A DNA stretch of 64,000 bases from Candidatus Thorarchaeota archaeon (GCA_048882045.1 JBHLRZ010000017.1:1-64000), one strand, 5' to 3'; shown: positions 38,603 through 49,165, counted from the stretch's first letter. Numbers and translations are program-made. The notes: a model not told the origin generated them from the sequence alone.

Positions 38603-38616
38603 CTCCACGATAATAT

Positions 38617-39246
38617 CTAGGGTTTCTTTGCAAGGATCCAATAAGATGTTTCATCCTCTGCTGTCACCAGTCTCTCAAAGATGACCTCAAATCCTGTATT
38701 GATAATCATCTGAAGGCTTTCACGTGCCTCAGGATGACTCCAAGCCATTTGAACACCATAGTAATCACTCACTTCCTCCCATGCTGTTCTTGCAGTACTC
38801 ACGAGCATGACTCCCCCAGGTTTCAGCCAATTGAAGATCTTGAGGTAGAGTGCAGGATGGTAGCTCTTGTGAATGTGAATTATTGAGTAGGTAGATATGA
38901 TGCCATCAAAAGACTCCGATTCGATTTCATGCTTCATAACATCTCCAAGAATGAGCTCGGCCTCAGGGACATTCTGCTTAGCTAGTTCTAGCATTCCCTT
39001 AGAGAAATCAATGCCCTTAGCAGAAAAGCCCTTCTCAATCATGGTCTTCAGAACTGGAATTCCTCCACCACAACCTATGTCCAGAACGACAGCACCTTCA
39101 GGCAAGTGTTCGATGAACTCATCGATCTCCTTTGTAATTTCGAGGTTTCGTTCTTGATTGTACTTTCCAGCTATGACATTGTACCCCTTCCTCACAATCT
39201 CGCCGTGCTCGTCTGGCTTCAGACCTGTGTCCACTTTAGGTGACAT
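38617..39246 (-). CDS. Class I SAM-dependent methyltransferase (tandem paralog)
   Basis: Same motifs, clearly similar to its neighbour. Confidence 0.9.
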   Translation of the reverse strand: MSPKVDTGLKPDEHGEIVRKGYNVIAGKYNQERNLEITKEIDEFIEHLPEGAVVLDIGCGGGIPVLKTMIEKGFSAKGIDFSKGMLELAKQNVPEAELILGDVMKHEIESESFDGIISTYSIIHIHKSYHPALYLKIFNWLKPGGVMLVSTARTAWEEVSDYYGVQMAWSHPEARESLQMIINTGFEVIFERLVTAEDETSYWILAKKP

Positions 39247-39291
39247 AAATAGTCCCTCGTATTAGAAAATCATTGTAAGTCTCACTTATTT

Positions 39292-40281
39292 ATGTCTACG
39301 TTCCAAAGAAAAACTATGAGAGTTGCAGTTCTGACAAGCGGCGGAGACAGTCCTGCAATGAACGCCGCTATCCGAGCAATCACACGTGTTGGTATACACC
39401 GCACCTGTGAGATCTATGGTGTCTATGGAGGTCTACAAGGCATCCTTGACCAGAAAATGCATGAGTTGAACTCACGGTCGGTTTCTAGGATTCTCCACAG
39501 AGGTGGAACTATCCTGACCACTGGACGTTCTGAGGAGTTTCGGACAGAAGAGGGTCAAAAGAAGGCTTCTAAGATTCTCACTGAAAGAGGATTTGATGCA
39601 TTGATCGCTATTGGCGGAGATGGAACGATGCATGCCCTTCTTGCACTAAGCAAACACTGGAATGGACGGTTGATTGGACTGCCTGGAACCATCGATAATG
39701 ATCTCAGTGGCACAGATTACACAATAGGTTTTGATACTGCTGTAAACAACGCGCTCGAAGCACTCGACAAGATTCGAGACACTGCGCAGTCCTTCCAGCG
39801 TGTGTTCCTAGTCGAGGTCATGGGTCGTAATGCTGGTCACATCGCGTTCCATGTAGGATTTGCTACAGGAGCTTCTGCCATACTCATGCCAGAAACCGAA
39901 ACATCGATGGAAGAACTTGCACAGAAAGTAATTCAAGCAAAGAAAAAGGCAAAATCTAGTGTTTTGGTGGTTGTTGCAGAGGGAGATGAGCTTGGCAACG
40001 CCCACAAGATTGGAAACGAACTGTCAAAGAGAATCGGTGAAAATTGCAGGGTGTCAGTTCTAGGATACATTCAGAGAGGCGGCAACCCCACGCACTTTGA
40101 TAGGATTCTCGCAACACGGCTAGGAGCATTTGCTATCGAGTGTCTCTTAAGTGGAAAACATGGTGGGATGGTTGGAGAGGTCAATGGTGAGCTAATCATG
40201 ACGCCATTTGAGGACACCTGGACAAACAAAAAGCCGATCGACAAGTGGATGCTCGGTCTTCTCGACGAGCTCTCCGGATAG
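39292..40281 (+). CDS. pfkA: ATP-dependent 6-phosphofructokinase (bacterial PfkA type)
   Basis: 'TSGGDSPAMN', GGDG, PGTIDND, 'EVMGR', 'LGYIQRGG'. Confidence 0.93.
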   Translation: MSTFQRKTMRVAVLTSGGDSPAMNAAIRAITRVGIHRTCEIYGVYGGLQGILDQKMHELNSRSVSRILHRGGTILTTGRSEEFRTEEGQKKASKILTERGFDALIAIGGDGTMHALLALSKHWNGRLIGLPGTIDNDLSGTDYTIGFDTAVNNALEALDKIRDTAQSFQRVFLVEVMGRNAGHIAFHVGFATGASAILMPETETSMEELAQKVIQAKKKAKSSVLVVVAEGDELGNAHKIGNELSKRIGENCRVSVLGYIQRGGNPTHFDRILATRLGAFAIECLLSGKHGGMVGEVNGELIMTPFEDTWTNKKPIDKWMLGLLDELSG

Positions 40282-40324
40282 CCTTCGGTAGACTAATACG
40301 GTAGATTGTTACCAGATATGGTAG

Positions 40325-40801
40325 TTGAGAGAGATGGTTTTCAAGAACCTCGCTGACTATCATCTTTGGGCTGGTTGGAAGATGAGAGAGGTTCTTAGTG
40401 ACTTTGACTCTGATATGTTTAATCAGGAAGTGAACGGGAGGAGTCCTAGAGATATTGTACAGCATATCGTACTCGCTCTTGAAACATGTTTCTACTTCAT
40501 TGAAAATGAGAAGGACAAGTCTGTATTCGATCGTGTGAAACACCTACCAAGACAAGAACTCCTCAAGCGATGGGAGGTTCTTGACACACGGCTCAGTTCA
40601 GCAATCGAGGAGATTCCTCAAGATAAGATTGAGGTGAAGCACATCAAGGATGAGCCTTTCCAGATTGATGTAGTCGATTTCTTTCTGCAGTACTTGATTC
40701 ACACCACTCACCATAGAGGTCAACTAGCTTCCGTGCTGAGTGACATGGGAATAGATGTTCCTGGGACTGACTATCTGATGTTCCTTGGAGAGAAGGCATA
40801 A
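40325..40801 (+). CDS. DinB-family protein
   Basis: 'HTTHHRGQL...PGTD' motif. Confidence 0.85.
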   Translation: MREMVFKNLADYHLWAGWKMREVLSDFDSDMFNQEVNGRSPRDIVQHIVLALETCFYFIENEKDKSVFDRVKHLPRQELLKRWEVLDTRLSSAIEEIPQDKIEVKHIKDEPFQIDVVDFFLQYLIHTTHHRGQLASVLSDMGIDVPGTDYLMFLGEKA

Positions 40802-40873
40802 TCGCTTTTGCAATGTCTTCAGTCCTTTCTACACAAGTTGAATTTTCTAGATACATCTCGAAAGCATTATAAG

Positions 40874-40895
40874 TAAATTAACAATTGTTAATTTA
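40874..40895. promoter_or_regulatory. Perfect 22-bp palindrome between TATA and start codon
   Basis: TAAATTAACAATTGTTAATTTA immediately after TTATAAG. Confidence 0.6.
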
Positions 40896-41204
40896 GTGAT
40901 TATTATGGCTTTGTACATGCTATATCGATCAAAATCAAAGTCCGGCAAAGAAATGGATGAATTGCGGGAGAAATTCCAGAAGATCTACGATAAGTACGAT
41001 GTAGATATCGTAGGATTTTGGGTAAATGCTGAGGATGAGGACGAAGTCTTCTACCTCTCGAAGTATAAGGATGAGAACGATTACAAGAAGAAAGTCGAGA
41101 GTCTCCGAAATGATGAGGAGTACATTCGACTTGGTAAACACCTTGAAGAAGTTCGTACTTCCTTTGAATCAACAAAGCTTCTACCTATGATGGCTGAAGC
41201 ATAA
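40896..41204 (+). CDS. NIPSNAP-family protein
   Basis: 'IVGFWVN...VFYLSKY' dimeric alpha/beta barrel pattern. Confidence 0.75.
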   Translation: MIIMALYMLYRSKSKSGKEMDELREKFQKIYDKYDVDIVGFWVNAEDEDEVFYLSKYKDENDYKKKVESLRNDEEYIRLGKHLEEVRTSFESTKLLPMMAEA

Positions 41205-41226
41205 GAGTAACTCGATCAAACAAGGA

Positions 41227-41263
41227 GAGGGTCAATAAAAGACCCTCACCTTCCTAGTTTTTT
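41227..41263 (+). terminator. Hairpin plus T tract
   Basis: GAGGGTC-aataaaa-GACCCTC followed by TTTTTT. Confidence 0.55.
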
Positions 41264-41495
41264 CCTCCAGAAGTCTGTAATATCGGAGTCTGTCAATTTG
41301 ACTAACACCTGTTAGTCTCATGAGTCCAAACAACCTTACTCATAGTGTTTTTTCAACCAGCGCGATAGTTGACTTAAGACACCAATGTCTAATATAAGTG
41401 TGCCTTTTCAAGCATTATTTGAAAAAGGTTTATTACCCAAACCATTGTGTCATGTATAAAGATTGCTTTTGCAAATCAACATGGAGGAATAATGC

Positions 41496-42434
41496 ATGAA
41501 CATAGTATACAAGAAATGGAATCCAGATGATGGATTAGAAGAAGTTCAAGCAAAAATCTACACTGAGGTCTCTGGGCTCCCTGCGAGAGCTGAAGAAATC
41601 AAACCAAGAAACATCCAGAGAGGTGAAGATTCAACACGCTATGCACTCACAAAAGATGGAGAACCCCTAGCTTATGTCACATCTTGGATAGATGATGAGA
41701 ATCCTACTGAAGGTGGCATCGGGTATCCATGGTCAATGAAGGGTTGTCCTGAAGATGCCAAGTTGAAGATTTTCGACGAGCTGTTTACACACCTCAAGAA
41801 GGAGAAGAAGCTTAAGGAGATTAACACTGGAATCGTACTCGGATCCAAGATGGCAAAAGATCAGTACAAGTTCTTCAAGGAGAGAGGTTTCGAAGAGTAT
41901 GAACGTGCGTATCGTTACACCAAGGACCTCGATGTAGAGAAATTGGCATCAACGAAGTTGGAAGGAAAAGAAGCCAAATTGAAGAGTAAAATTGCGACCA
42001 AAGATGATGTTGATGCTCTGATAGAGGTGTCCAAGTCTGATCCTCAGCTCAGTAGAGCATTTCCAGACGAAGAACAATGGAGGAACTACTTCGAGAATCG
42101 GGTCATGGCTCAAGGCAATGCCATTATGCTACTAGATGGTGACAAGGTGGTTGCAGCAAGCGCTGCTCTAAAACTCAAACCTGATGGAGTCTTTCTTTTC
42201 GGAGAAGATGAGCGAATCCTCATGCGGTTCACAGCAATCCGACCTGGATACAGGTATGCTTGGAAGAGACTAGCTGTCGAGATTGCTAAAGATGTAAAGA
42301 AATCAGGCATGCAGGACACACCAATGAGGGTTGGATTCGGTTTCACGTCTGATGCTGCTATAGCAACTGGCGTCGCTGGATTCGATTCAGACCTGGAAGA
42401 GTTTGAGGTCTTCATGAAGTACAAGGTGAAATAG
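41496..42434 (+). CDS. Tandem GNAT-fold-like hypothetical protein
   Basis: Two GNAT-like halves ('FFKERGFEE'), paralog of the next gene. Confidence 0.6.
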   Translation: MNIVYKKWNPDDGLEEVQAKIYTEVSGLPARAEEIKPRNIQRGEDSTRYALTKDGEPLAYVTSWIDDENPTEGGIGYPWSMKGCPEDAKLKIFDELFTHLKKEKKLKEINTGIVLGSKMAKDQYKFFKERGFEEYERAYRYTKDLDVEKLASTKLEGKEAKLKSKIATKDDVDALIEVSKSDPQLSRAFPDEEQWRNYFENRVMAQGNAIMLLDGDKVVAASAALKLKPDGVFLFGEDERILMRFTAIRPGYRYAWKRLAVEIAKDVKKSGMQDTPMRVGFGFTSDAAIATGVAGFDSDLEEFEVFMKYKVK

Positions 42435-42456
42435 TAACCAGAGGAGGTTTCCAAGA

Positions 42457-43392
42457 ATGGAAGTTGTATACAAGGTATGGGAACCTGACCAGGGACTTGA
42501 GGATATCCAAGCAAGGATATTCTCAGAAGCTTCAGGAATCCCTGAACGTGCGGAAGTTATTCGTCAACGGAATCTCCAACGTGCTCCTGAGATGACTCGG
42601 TATGCTCTCACTAAGGATGGCGAACCTCTGGCATACGTTACAGCACGAGACTCATCATCTGGCGAGGGTCGAACATACATTGGATATCCATGGAAGATGC
42701 CGGAGTGTCCCGAAGAAGTACAGCTGAAGATATTTGATGAACTCCTTAGCTACCTAGAAAAGAGGGAGGATACGAAAGAGATTGGAACCACGATAATCAC
42801 GAGGTCCCAGCTTCGAGAAGTGCAAGAGGAATTCTTCAAGCAGCGTGGCTTTGAGGAAAACGAGCGTATCTTTACATACATCCTACCAATGAATGTGACT
42901 GAAACAACCAAACTGGAGGTTTCAGAGAAGGGAAAAGCACTGAGGAGTAAACTTGCTACTGAAGATGACATTGATGATCTTACAGAGATCTTCATGGCTG
43001 ATGCAGGTTTGCGTAGCCAGGTGGTTAATGTAGACGCGGCAAAATCCTACTTCATGGATAGAGTACTACCCACAGGACATGCTGTACTCCTCTATGATGG
43101 CGACAAAGTAGTTGCTTCTACAGCTCCCCTTCGTTTCCAGCCGGACGGAAACAGAGTTCGTGGTGATGAGGAAAGAATCATCATGCGTTTCACTGCCATA
43201 CGACCTGGTTACGAATATGCCTGGTCTCGTTTGCTTGTTGAAATGGCAAAGGCATGCAAGAAAGCTGGTTGGACAGATATACTCATTCAGGTTGAAAGTT
43301 GGGTTACTGGAGAAGGTGCTGCAATCGCTGGACTGGCAGAGATTCGCCCAGAGCTCACAGACTTTGAGGCAGTACTACTGAAAAAGGAGTGA
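42457..43392 (+). CDS. Tandem GNAT-fold-like hypothetical protein (paralog)
   Basis: Shares 'TRYALTKDGEPLAYVT' and 'MRFTAIRPGY' with the upstream gene. Confidence 0.6.
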   Translation: MEVVYKVWEPDQGLEDIQARIFSEASGIPERAEVIRQRNLQRAPEMTRYALTKDGEPLAYVTARDSSSGEGRTYIGYPWKMPECPEEVQLKIFDELLSYLEKREDTKEIGTTIITRSQLREVQEEFFKQRGFEENERIFTYILPMNVTETTKLEVSEKGKALRSKLATEDDIDDLTEIFMADAGLRSQVVNVDAAKSYFMDRVLPTGHAVLLYDGDKVVASTAPLRFQPDGNRVRGDEERIIMRFTAIRPGYEYAWSRLLVEMAKACKKAGWTDILIQVESWVTGEGAAIAGLAEIRPELTDFEAVLLKKE

Positions 43393-43396
43393 GAAG

Positions 43397-43993
43397 ATGC
43401 AATCAATTAAACAGCAGAAAGGATTTGACCAGATACACTCCAGGGACAAGACGATTCTAGGCATAGTTGGGAGTCCTCGAAGAGGTGCTAATACTGAGAC
43501 CCTCGTGGATGCTGTGATCGCAGGGGCTACCGAACATGGGGCGGCCTCTACAAAGGTCATCCTTCAGGATATGTCCATTGGACCCTGCAAAGCCTGCAAC
43601 ACTTGCCAGAAAACTGGAAAATGTGTCCAAAACGATGATATGGACTCACTAGTCGAGCTTATGGTGAGGAGTGACATCTGGGTCTTCGGAACGCCAATCT
43701 ATTGGTGGGGCCCATCAGCTCAGTTCAAAGCTTTCATTGATAGATGGTATGGCTTAGATCAACGAATCTTCCAAGGGAAGCAGGTCATCCTAGCAATTCC
43801 GATGGGAGGAGGAAACGACCATTATGCACGTCACACGATTGGGATGTTCAAAGAGATCTGCAACTACCTTGGGATGACATGCATTGAAACCGTTGTCGCT
43901 CCAGGAATGAATGGAAGGAATTCCGTTCGCGAGAACAGTCGCATCCTCGAGTCTGCAAGAACAGCTGGTATCAAAGCAATAAAGGAATTATAG
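43397..43993 (+). CDS. Iron-sulfur flavoprotein / multimeric flavodoxin family
   Basis: 'GSPRRGANT', CKACNTC...C, 'GTPIYW', 'KAFIDR'. Confidence 0.9.
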   Translation: MQSIKQQKGFDQIHSRDKTILGIVGSPRRGANTETLVDAVIAGATEHGAASTKVILQDMSIGPCKACNTCQKTGKCVQNDDMDSLVELMVRSDIWVFGTPIYWWGPSAQFKAFIDRWYGLDQRIFQGKQVILAIPMGGGNDHYARHTIGMFKEICNYLGMTCIETVVAPGMNGRNSVRENSRILESARTAGIKAIKEL

Positions 43994-44058
43994 CAGGGAC
44001 TCGTCATCCCTGCTTCACTCTATTCGTTTGCAAATCAATCCAGTAGACATTAACGATT

Positions 44059-45936
44059 CTAGAAACTTGGTTTCTCATCTTCGGAAAGCGGTGGGAGAAA
44101 TACTGCTTCTTTCAACTGTACCCCTGAACTCGTAGTGTATAGTCTCCCTGTATAATAGAGACCATCGTGCTCTCGAGCCAATACAAATCTCAGAGGACTG
44201 GTGTACTCCTTCTCAAGTATCTGCAGAATATTGGTGACTCTATTCTCATCCTGAAACGTCCCTGCTACCAAATCAGCATAATTCCTCAATTTCCATGATA
44301 TCCATACTGCATAGGTCAGTATAGCAAGATCAAGTAAGGCAAACAAGAAAATAACCAAAATCCAAAAGGGATCTAAAGGGGACGCCAATAGTTGCGCTGA
44401 TAACACAATTACCGCAGTCACAATCAACAACACAACTGCAGAGGGACGTATCAACCGATTGTTTCGTTCTAATACTTCTTTTTCTATCATCGGATCAGTG
44501 CTGATGGATGTTTCTTTGGATAGACGGTCTAACATATATTTCACAGCGGATGGTCCTGCAAGCGTCATTAGCAGAAAGTGACCGGGTGGTCGTGGATATA
44601 TGATATCCCCCACATCTTCAATACCAGCCTCCTTTATGTCAAGGTAAGAGATAGCGGTTGATAGAACTCTACTTGATAAACCATATAATCTCGTGTCCTC
44701 CATTAGAAAAGAATCATCTTTTCTTTTGGCTACTCTCTCTAGAAATTTAGCATACTTCAATGATATTTCTTCAGGAATTTCTTTGGACTTTGAATGAACG
44801 GTGTCTTGTTCCTCAAAGACCATGTCACCAGAAGGAATCACATCAAGCTGCAAATCATCCAAAATCAGCTTTGATTCCACTCCTTCCAGAGGACGAAGTA
44901 TTGCTTTGATTCCTTCATCAGCACTCATTCTCCTATTTGTGAAAATACTGTCAGAATATGCGATAGGAAGGGAGAAGATTATGATTCCACCGAGAATGAG
45001 AATTGTCCATTGGTTCGCTTGAAGACCTAGATCAGTGAGTGAAAAAGAAAGAATGACAAGTAATGGGACAAGAAAAATGCAGTACATTATACGAAAACGT
45101 CGGACTCTATTTTTAAATTGGTATTCAGTTAAAGTCCAAGAACCTTTTGGCTTAAATGCAGTCTCTGTCAATGAGAATCTCGAAGGTTGAACTATTTCAC
45201 TTGGTTCCAACGATCTCAAGCTTTGAGGGATTCCATCCCCCAGAACCCTCCGAATGAACTCTCCAAGGATTCCATCTGTTGTTTGAAAACGATGAAGTAT
45301 TTCTTGAGCAACCATGTCTGAATTCTTCTCAATTCTAAACTTCAATTTCTTCTCTGTTTCAAGAACATACTCTGCTATCAATCTCTGATAGATTATCGAC
45401 AATGCCTTTTCATTTGGTTGCTTTATTCCCATAATCCTTGACTGAGGATTGAAACCGCAGAAGGCAAATATCAATATCATAATCAAAAATGAATCAATAA
45501 CATCCATACCAACGATAATCCAAGATGAGGTCTGACCTGTATAAATTGCATAGAGAGGAATGATGCTTAGTAACTCTGCACTGAGAATGTATCCCGCTAC
45601 TCCCAGTACTTCAAAAGCACCCGCGATTATTAGTCCTGCAAGAAATCCAATTCCAATTGAAGCTGCTATCTGAAATACAAGTAGAATTATCGTGAACTGA
45701 AATTCTAATAGATCTGTTGCGAATAATAACGATATAATTGCAATCCCCATCATCAAGACATATAGAGTAACAAATGGACCTATCAGGACCAATCGAATTC
45801 GGTTGATATTCATAGATCCGTCAGTCTGAGATGGTTCTCGTCGTTTTAGTACATTCAATCCTATGAAAGTCAGAATTAATGGTATGACAACAAGAACGGA
45901 AAACCATTCGACCACCAATGGATGAGCTGCAAACAT
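44059..45936 (-). CDS. Multi-pass membrane hypothetical protein
   Basis: About nine hydrophobic segments separated by soluble loops. Confidence 0.7.
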   Translation of the reverse strand: MFAAHPLVVEWFSVLVVIPLILTFIGLNVLKRREPSQTDGSMNINRIRLVLIGPFVTLYVLMMGIAIISLLFATDLLEFQFTIILLVFQIAASIGIGFLAGLIIAGAFEVLGVAGYILSAELLSIIPLYAIYTGQTSSWIIVGMDVIDSFLIMILIFAFCGFNPQSRIMGIKQPNEKALSIIYQRLIAEYVLETEKKLKFRIEKNSDMVAQEILHRFQTTDGILGEFIRRVLGDGIPQSLRSLEPSEIVQPSRFSLTETAFKPKGSWTLTEYQFKNRVRRFRIMYCIFLVPLLVILSFSLTDLGLQANQWTILILGGIIIFSLPIAYSDSIFTNRRMSADEGIKAILRPLEGVESKLILDDLQLDVIPSGDMVFEEQDTVHSKSKEIPEEISLKYAKFLERVAKRKDDSFLMEDTRLYGLSSRVLSTAISYLDIKEAGIEDVGDIIYPRPPGHFLLMTLAGPSAVKYMLDRLSKETSISTDPMIEKEVLERNNRLIRPSAVVLLIVTAVIVLSAQLLASPLDPFWILVIFLFALLDLAILTYAVWISWKLRNYADLVAGTFQDENRVTNILQILEKEYTSPLRFVLAREHDGLYYTGRLYTTSSGVQLKEAVFLPPLSEDEKPSF

Positions 45937-46014
45937 CCTGCTCCATCTTCCTCCTTATAGAATAGTAGCTCAAAGCCAAAATGAAAATCTTTCGCTCAGG
46001 TGAAAGACTAGAAA

Positions 46015-46052
46015 CTTGAAAAAAGAAGGATTGCCCAGTGGTTCCACTGGGC
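46015..46052 (-). terminator. GC hairpin plus T tract
   Basis: GCCCAGTG-gaac-CACTGGGC then CCTTCTTTTTT on minus, just after the stop at 46062. Confidence 0.6.
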
Positions 46053-46061
46053 GGGATGATT

Positions 46062-48302
46062 CTATTTCTTCTTGTAAATGACGAAGTACCAAACTATAAC
46101 GACACCAACAACAGCTATGACTACTACAGCAATAATAGGTATTAGAGGAAGTCCTGGAGGTGGAGCTGTCACTCCAACAATGAATGAGAAGTACTCCGTA
46201 CCATCAAGACCATCTGTCGTCTTGCCAAATGCATCTGTTGCAGTTATGTAATATTCGTACTCCGCACCTTCGATGACATCTGAGAGATTTCCTTCATAGG
46301 TGTTGGATACTACTAGTTCCATATCTTGTTGTAACCAAGAACCACCATCTACTCTATAGTTGAGGACAACAGAGTCGAGAGTTGCATCTATGACAGTTGC
46401 AGATATTATGATATCTCCTCCTGGAGCAATAGCGCCAGCTGTTCTATCGATATCTGTGATATCGGGTGCTGGATCGTAGTAGATATACATGTCATCCAGA
46501 AATGCAACAAGTCTACTACTCGCGGATGCCCATGAGATCATATGAAACCTCATTAGTTTGGTGTCAGGTAGGCTTCCGACAACGGTTTCATAGTCATGAA
46601 CCAAGTCCAGCTGGAAGTTCATCCATTGCCCAGTACTAACCTCATCGTTTAGGAAGATGACATTGGAACTTTCGCTTATCCAGCCCTCAAAATCGGAACT
46701 TGCATTTGCTAGAACATAGGTAAGACTTTCACCATCCTCAAACTCAAAATCATAGACGAAGAAGTCGTCAGCTGAGCTCTGATTGAAGGTGTCCATATAG
46801 AGATTGAAATCAAATATGATCTCTGTAGTTTCATCGAACTGAAGATTGCCAGCGTACTGCTGTGCATTGAATTCCTGATTTTCCTGAAGAGTCAGGTTAC
46901 CTGCCTTAGTACCAGTCATGGAGAAGTCTGTTACTGTATAAGTGTCGTAACCTGTTGGCTCAGTCCATCCTTCAATAGGAGTTCCTACAGCTCCTTGTGT
47001 TTCATAGCTCATATCATTCAAGATTGAAGTTGTTAACGATATATCATCTATCAAGACTGACAATCTACTTGGTGCATTGTTTGCAACAACGTAGAATGCT
47101 ATACTATCCAGGTACAAGAAATCTGTGTTACTGTTGAGATGATAGTCCTCCCATAAGTTCCGGTCAAAATGGAGCCAAGAGTCAGTGACATTAAATCCGC
47201 TGACCTGGAATTTCATATCATTTCCGAAAATGACTGGCGGAGTCGTTCCAGCACCACCAACACCGAGATAGTAGTACATATTGGAAGAAGCAGTTGCATT
47301 TGCCACACTCACTCTAACATATGCTAATGTATTCAAGGATGAGTTGATCCATTCAGACACTCTCCAATAAAATCCGAACTCTCCCTGGTTAATTTCAGAT
47401 AATCTCTTTCCAGGATATATTTGAGCACTTGCCTGAGCAAAGTAACCATAGGAGATTGCTGTCATGTTCATGCTCCAGCTCCCGGAATTGCTTACTGAAC
47501 TCTGGGAGATATCCGCGGGATTTCTGTTGCTTTGAAAAGTCCATCCTCCTGAACCCTCGAAATTGCCATTGAGGGTGGAACCTCCAACGTGGACATAGGT
47601 ACCATTGACAAGTTGAACATCATCAAGATAGATCCTTGTATATTCATTAGTGAAACTATGGATCCAAATGTAGACCAATTCAAACTGAGCTGGCATCAAA
47701 CTAAATACTTCAAAGAAATCGCTGGTCAGGTTCCTATGGAAATGATTCCAGGTCTTTGTAGGTCCGTCTATCAGATAGTATGCTGTGCTAGTAATATTGG
47801 TAGAACTGGTTGTACATCCTAAATAGTAAAACATAGTTCGACCACTCATTCGAACCTGAATTCTGAAGTAGTCTTGATTTATCGGATTACCAATCTCATC
47901 CAAGTACCAATCGAAATCGAGTGTTGTATTCAGTGGATTATCCCAGTAAATCCAAGATTGTTGAGTCAATCGAACCTCTGAACCATGGCTTGGATCCAAA
48001 GCTCTTGCATGCATCCCTACTGCTCGTGTTCCCTCGTTTACGATAGTCGTTTCAAACCAGGTGACCTCTTCAGTTGTCCTGCTTGCATACATGTCTTCAG
48101 GACTCTGTGGATTAGTCCAAGATTCCAAATCACCATTAGGTGCAATATCTGCTTCCCAAGTGACTCTATCAAGATCAGTTGATGCAAGCTGGCTAGGTTC
48201 AGTTGCTCCACTGAGCGTGCTATTCCTTGTTGTTTGAGGAGTCAAAAAGACAGGTGACACCATCAGAAGAACAAGAACGAGTGTTATTATTTTCTTAACC
48301 AT
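46062..48302 (-). CDS. Cell-surface protein with three repeated beta-sandwich (CBM-like) domains and C-terminal anchor
   Basis: Signal peptide, repeated 'W.HF.RNL..D+' and 'LDD+' units, Ig-like domain, TM plus KKK. Confidence 0.78.
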   Translation of the reverse strand: MVKKIITLVLVLLMVSPVFLTPQTTRNSTLSGATEPSQLASTDLDRVTWEADIAPNGDLESWTNPQSPEDMYASRTTEEVTWFETTIVNEGTRAVGMHARALDPSHGSEVRLTQQSWIYWDNPLNTTLDFDWYLDEIGNPINQDYFRIQVRMSGRTMFYYLGCTTSSTNITSTAYYLIDGPTKTWNHFHRNLTSDFFEVFSLMPAQFELVYIWIHSFTNEYTRIYLDDVQLVNGTYVHVGGSTLNGNFEGSGGWTFQSNRNPADISQSSVSNSGSWSMNMTAISYGYFAQASAQIYPGKRLSEINQGEFGFYWRVSEWINSSLNTLAYVRVSVANATASSNMYYYLGVGGAGTTPPVIFGNDMKFQVSGFNVTDSWLHFDRNLWEDYHLNSNTDFLYLDSIAFYVVANNAPSRLSVLIDDISLTTSILNDMSYETQGAVGTPIEGWTEPTGYDTYTVTDFSMTGTKAGNLTLQENQEFNAQQYAGNLQFDETTEIIFDFNLYMDTFNQSSADDFFVYDFEFEDGESLTYVLANASSDFEGWISESSNVIFLNDEVSTGQWMNFQLDLVHDYETVVGSLPDTKLMRFHMISWASASSRLVAFLDDMYIYYDPAPDITDIDRTAGAIAPGGDIIISATVIDATLDSVVLNYRVDGGSWLQQDMELVVSNTYEGNLSDVIEGAEYEYYITATDAFGKTTDGLDGTEYFSFIVGVTAPPPGLPLIPIIAVVVIAVVGVVIVWYFVIYKKK

Positions 48303-48389
48303 ACGTTTCCCTCGTGGTAGCGAGTACCATGCTGTAGTCAGAGATGCTCAATTGTAGTCTTATGTAGTTTTGTTGTAAGAAGTCGGAGA

Positions 48390-49010
48390 TTGTTTTTTAT
48401 TATCATTGAGAATTCAATAGAACCGATGAGAGGATGTTGCGTGTCAATTACATTCAAAGAAATTCCACCAGATGATGCACTTGAAGAACTCTACAATACG
48501 ATGAAGTCTCTCGTGGTGGTAGAGGTGGCTCAATACAAGATCGAGTCAGATACACCACTTGTTGACTACTCCTTTCATGAAGAATCTAAATTCCGAGAGT
48601 TCTTTGATTCTTTCTCATCATATGCAAGTCCCCTCTGGTCCTCAAGGATTAGTATGCCTTGGGACTTTAGCAAAGTCCCCTTTCGAAAATCCTCCACAAA
48701 GTTAGATGGAGTCTACAAGATTCTTCGGACTGGTGGAGCCCATTCTGAAACCCCCCACAAAGATGATGCATTAACAATTGAAGAAACTCTGAGAGTAGCC
48801 TTCCAAAAAGGAGCACCAACTCTGCTCATTTTTGCGGTTGCTCATTATAAACTGTCGAGCGAAAACAGTGACTCGGGGTTTGTTGTGTCTCTCGGAAATC
48901 TTGGAGAGATATCTCCATTCTTCGAACAGCTTGGATGGGATGATCTCATGTTTGTCATCAATCCAAAGTACAAGACACTCTATGTCATTGCTTGTACCGA
49001 CACAGATTGA
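48390..49010 (+). CDS. Hypothetical protein
   Basis: About 190-206 aa ORF ending 'WDDLMFVINP...IACTDTD'. True start possibly GTG near 48441. Confidence 0.65.
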   Translation: MFFIIIENSIEPMRGCCVSITFKEIPPDDALEELYNTMKSLVVVEVAQYKIESDTPLVDYSFHEESKFREFFDSFSSYASPLWSSRISMPWDFSKVPFRKSSTKLDGVYKILRTGGAHSETPHKDDALTIEETLRVAFQKGAPTLLIFAVAHYKLSSENSDSGFVVSLGNLGEISPFFEQLGWDDLMFVINPKYKTLYVIACTDTD

Positions 49011-49165
49011 ACTGATTCCTATATTCGATTTCTGGGTATATGGGGGCCATTTTTCCGTGCATTTTTCCAGATTTTTTGTGATTCAGAAATTGGGTATGAG
49101 TTCTGTGTGTTAATTCTGATTGGTTCTTGAATACCCCTTGAAATGAGGGTTAACAAGTTAACCTT

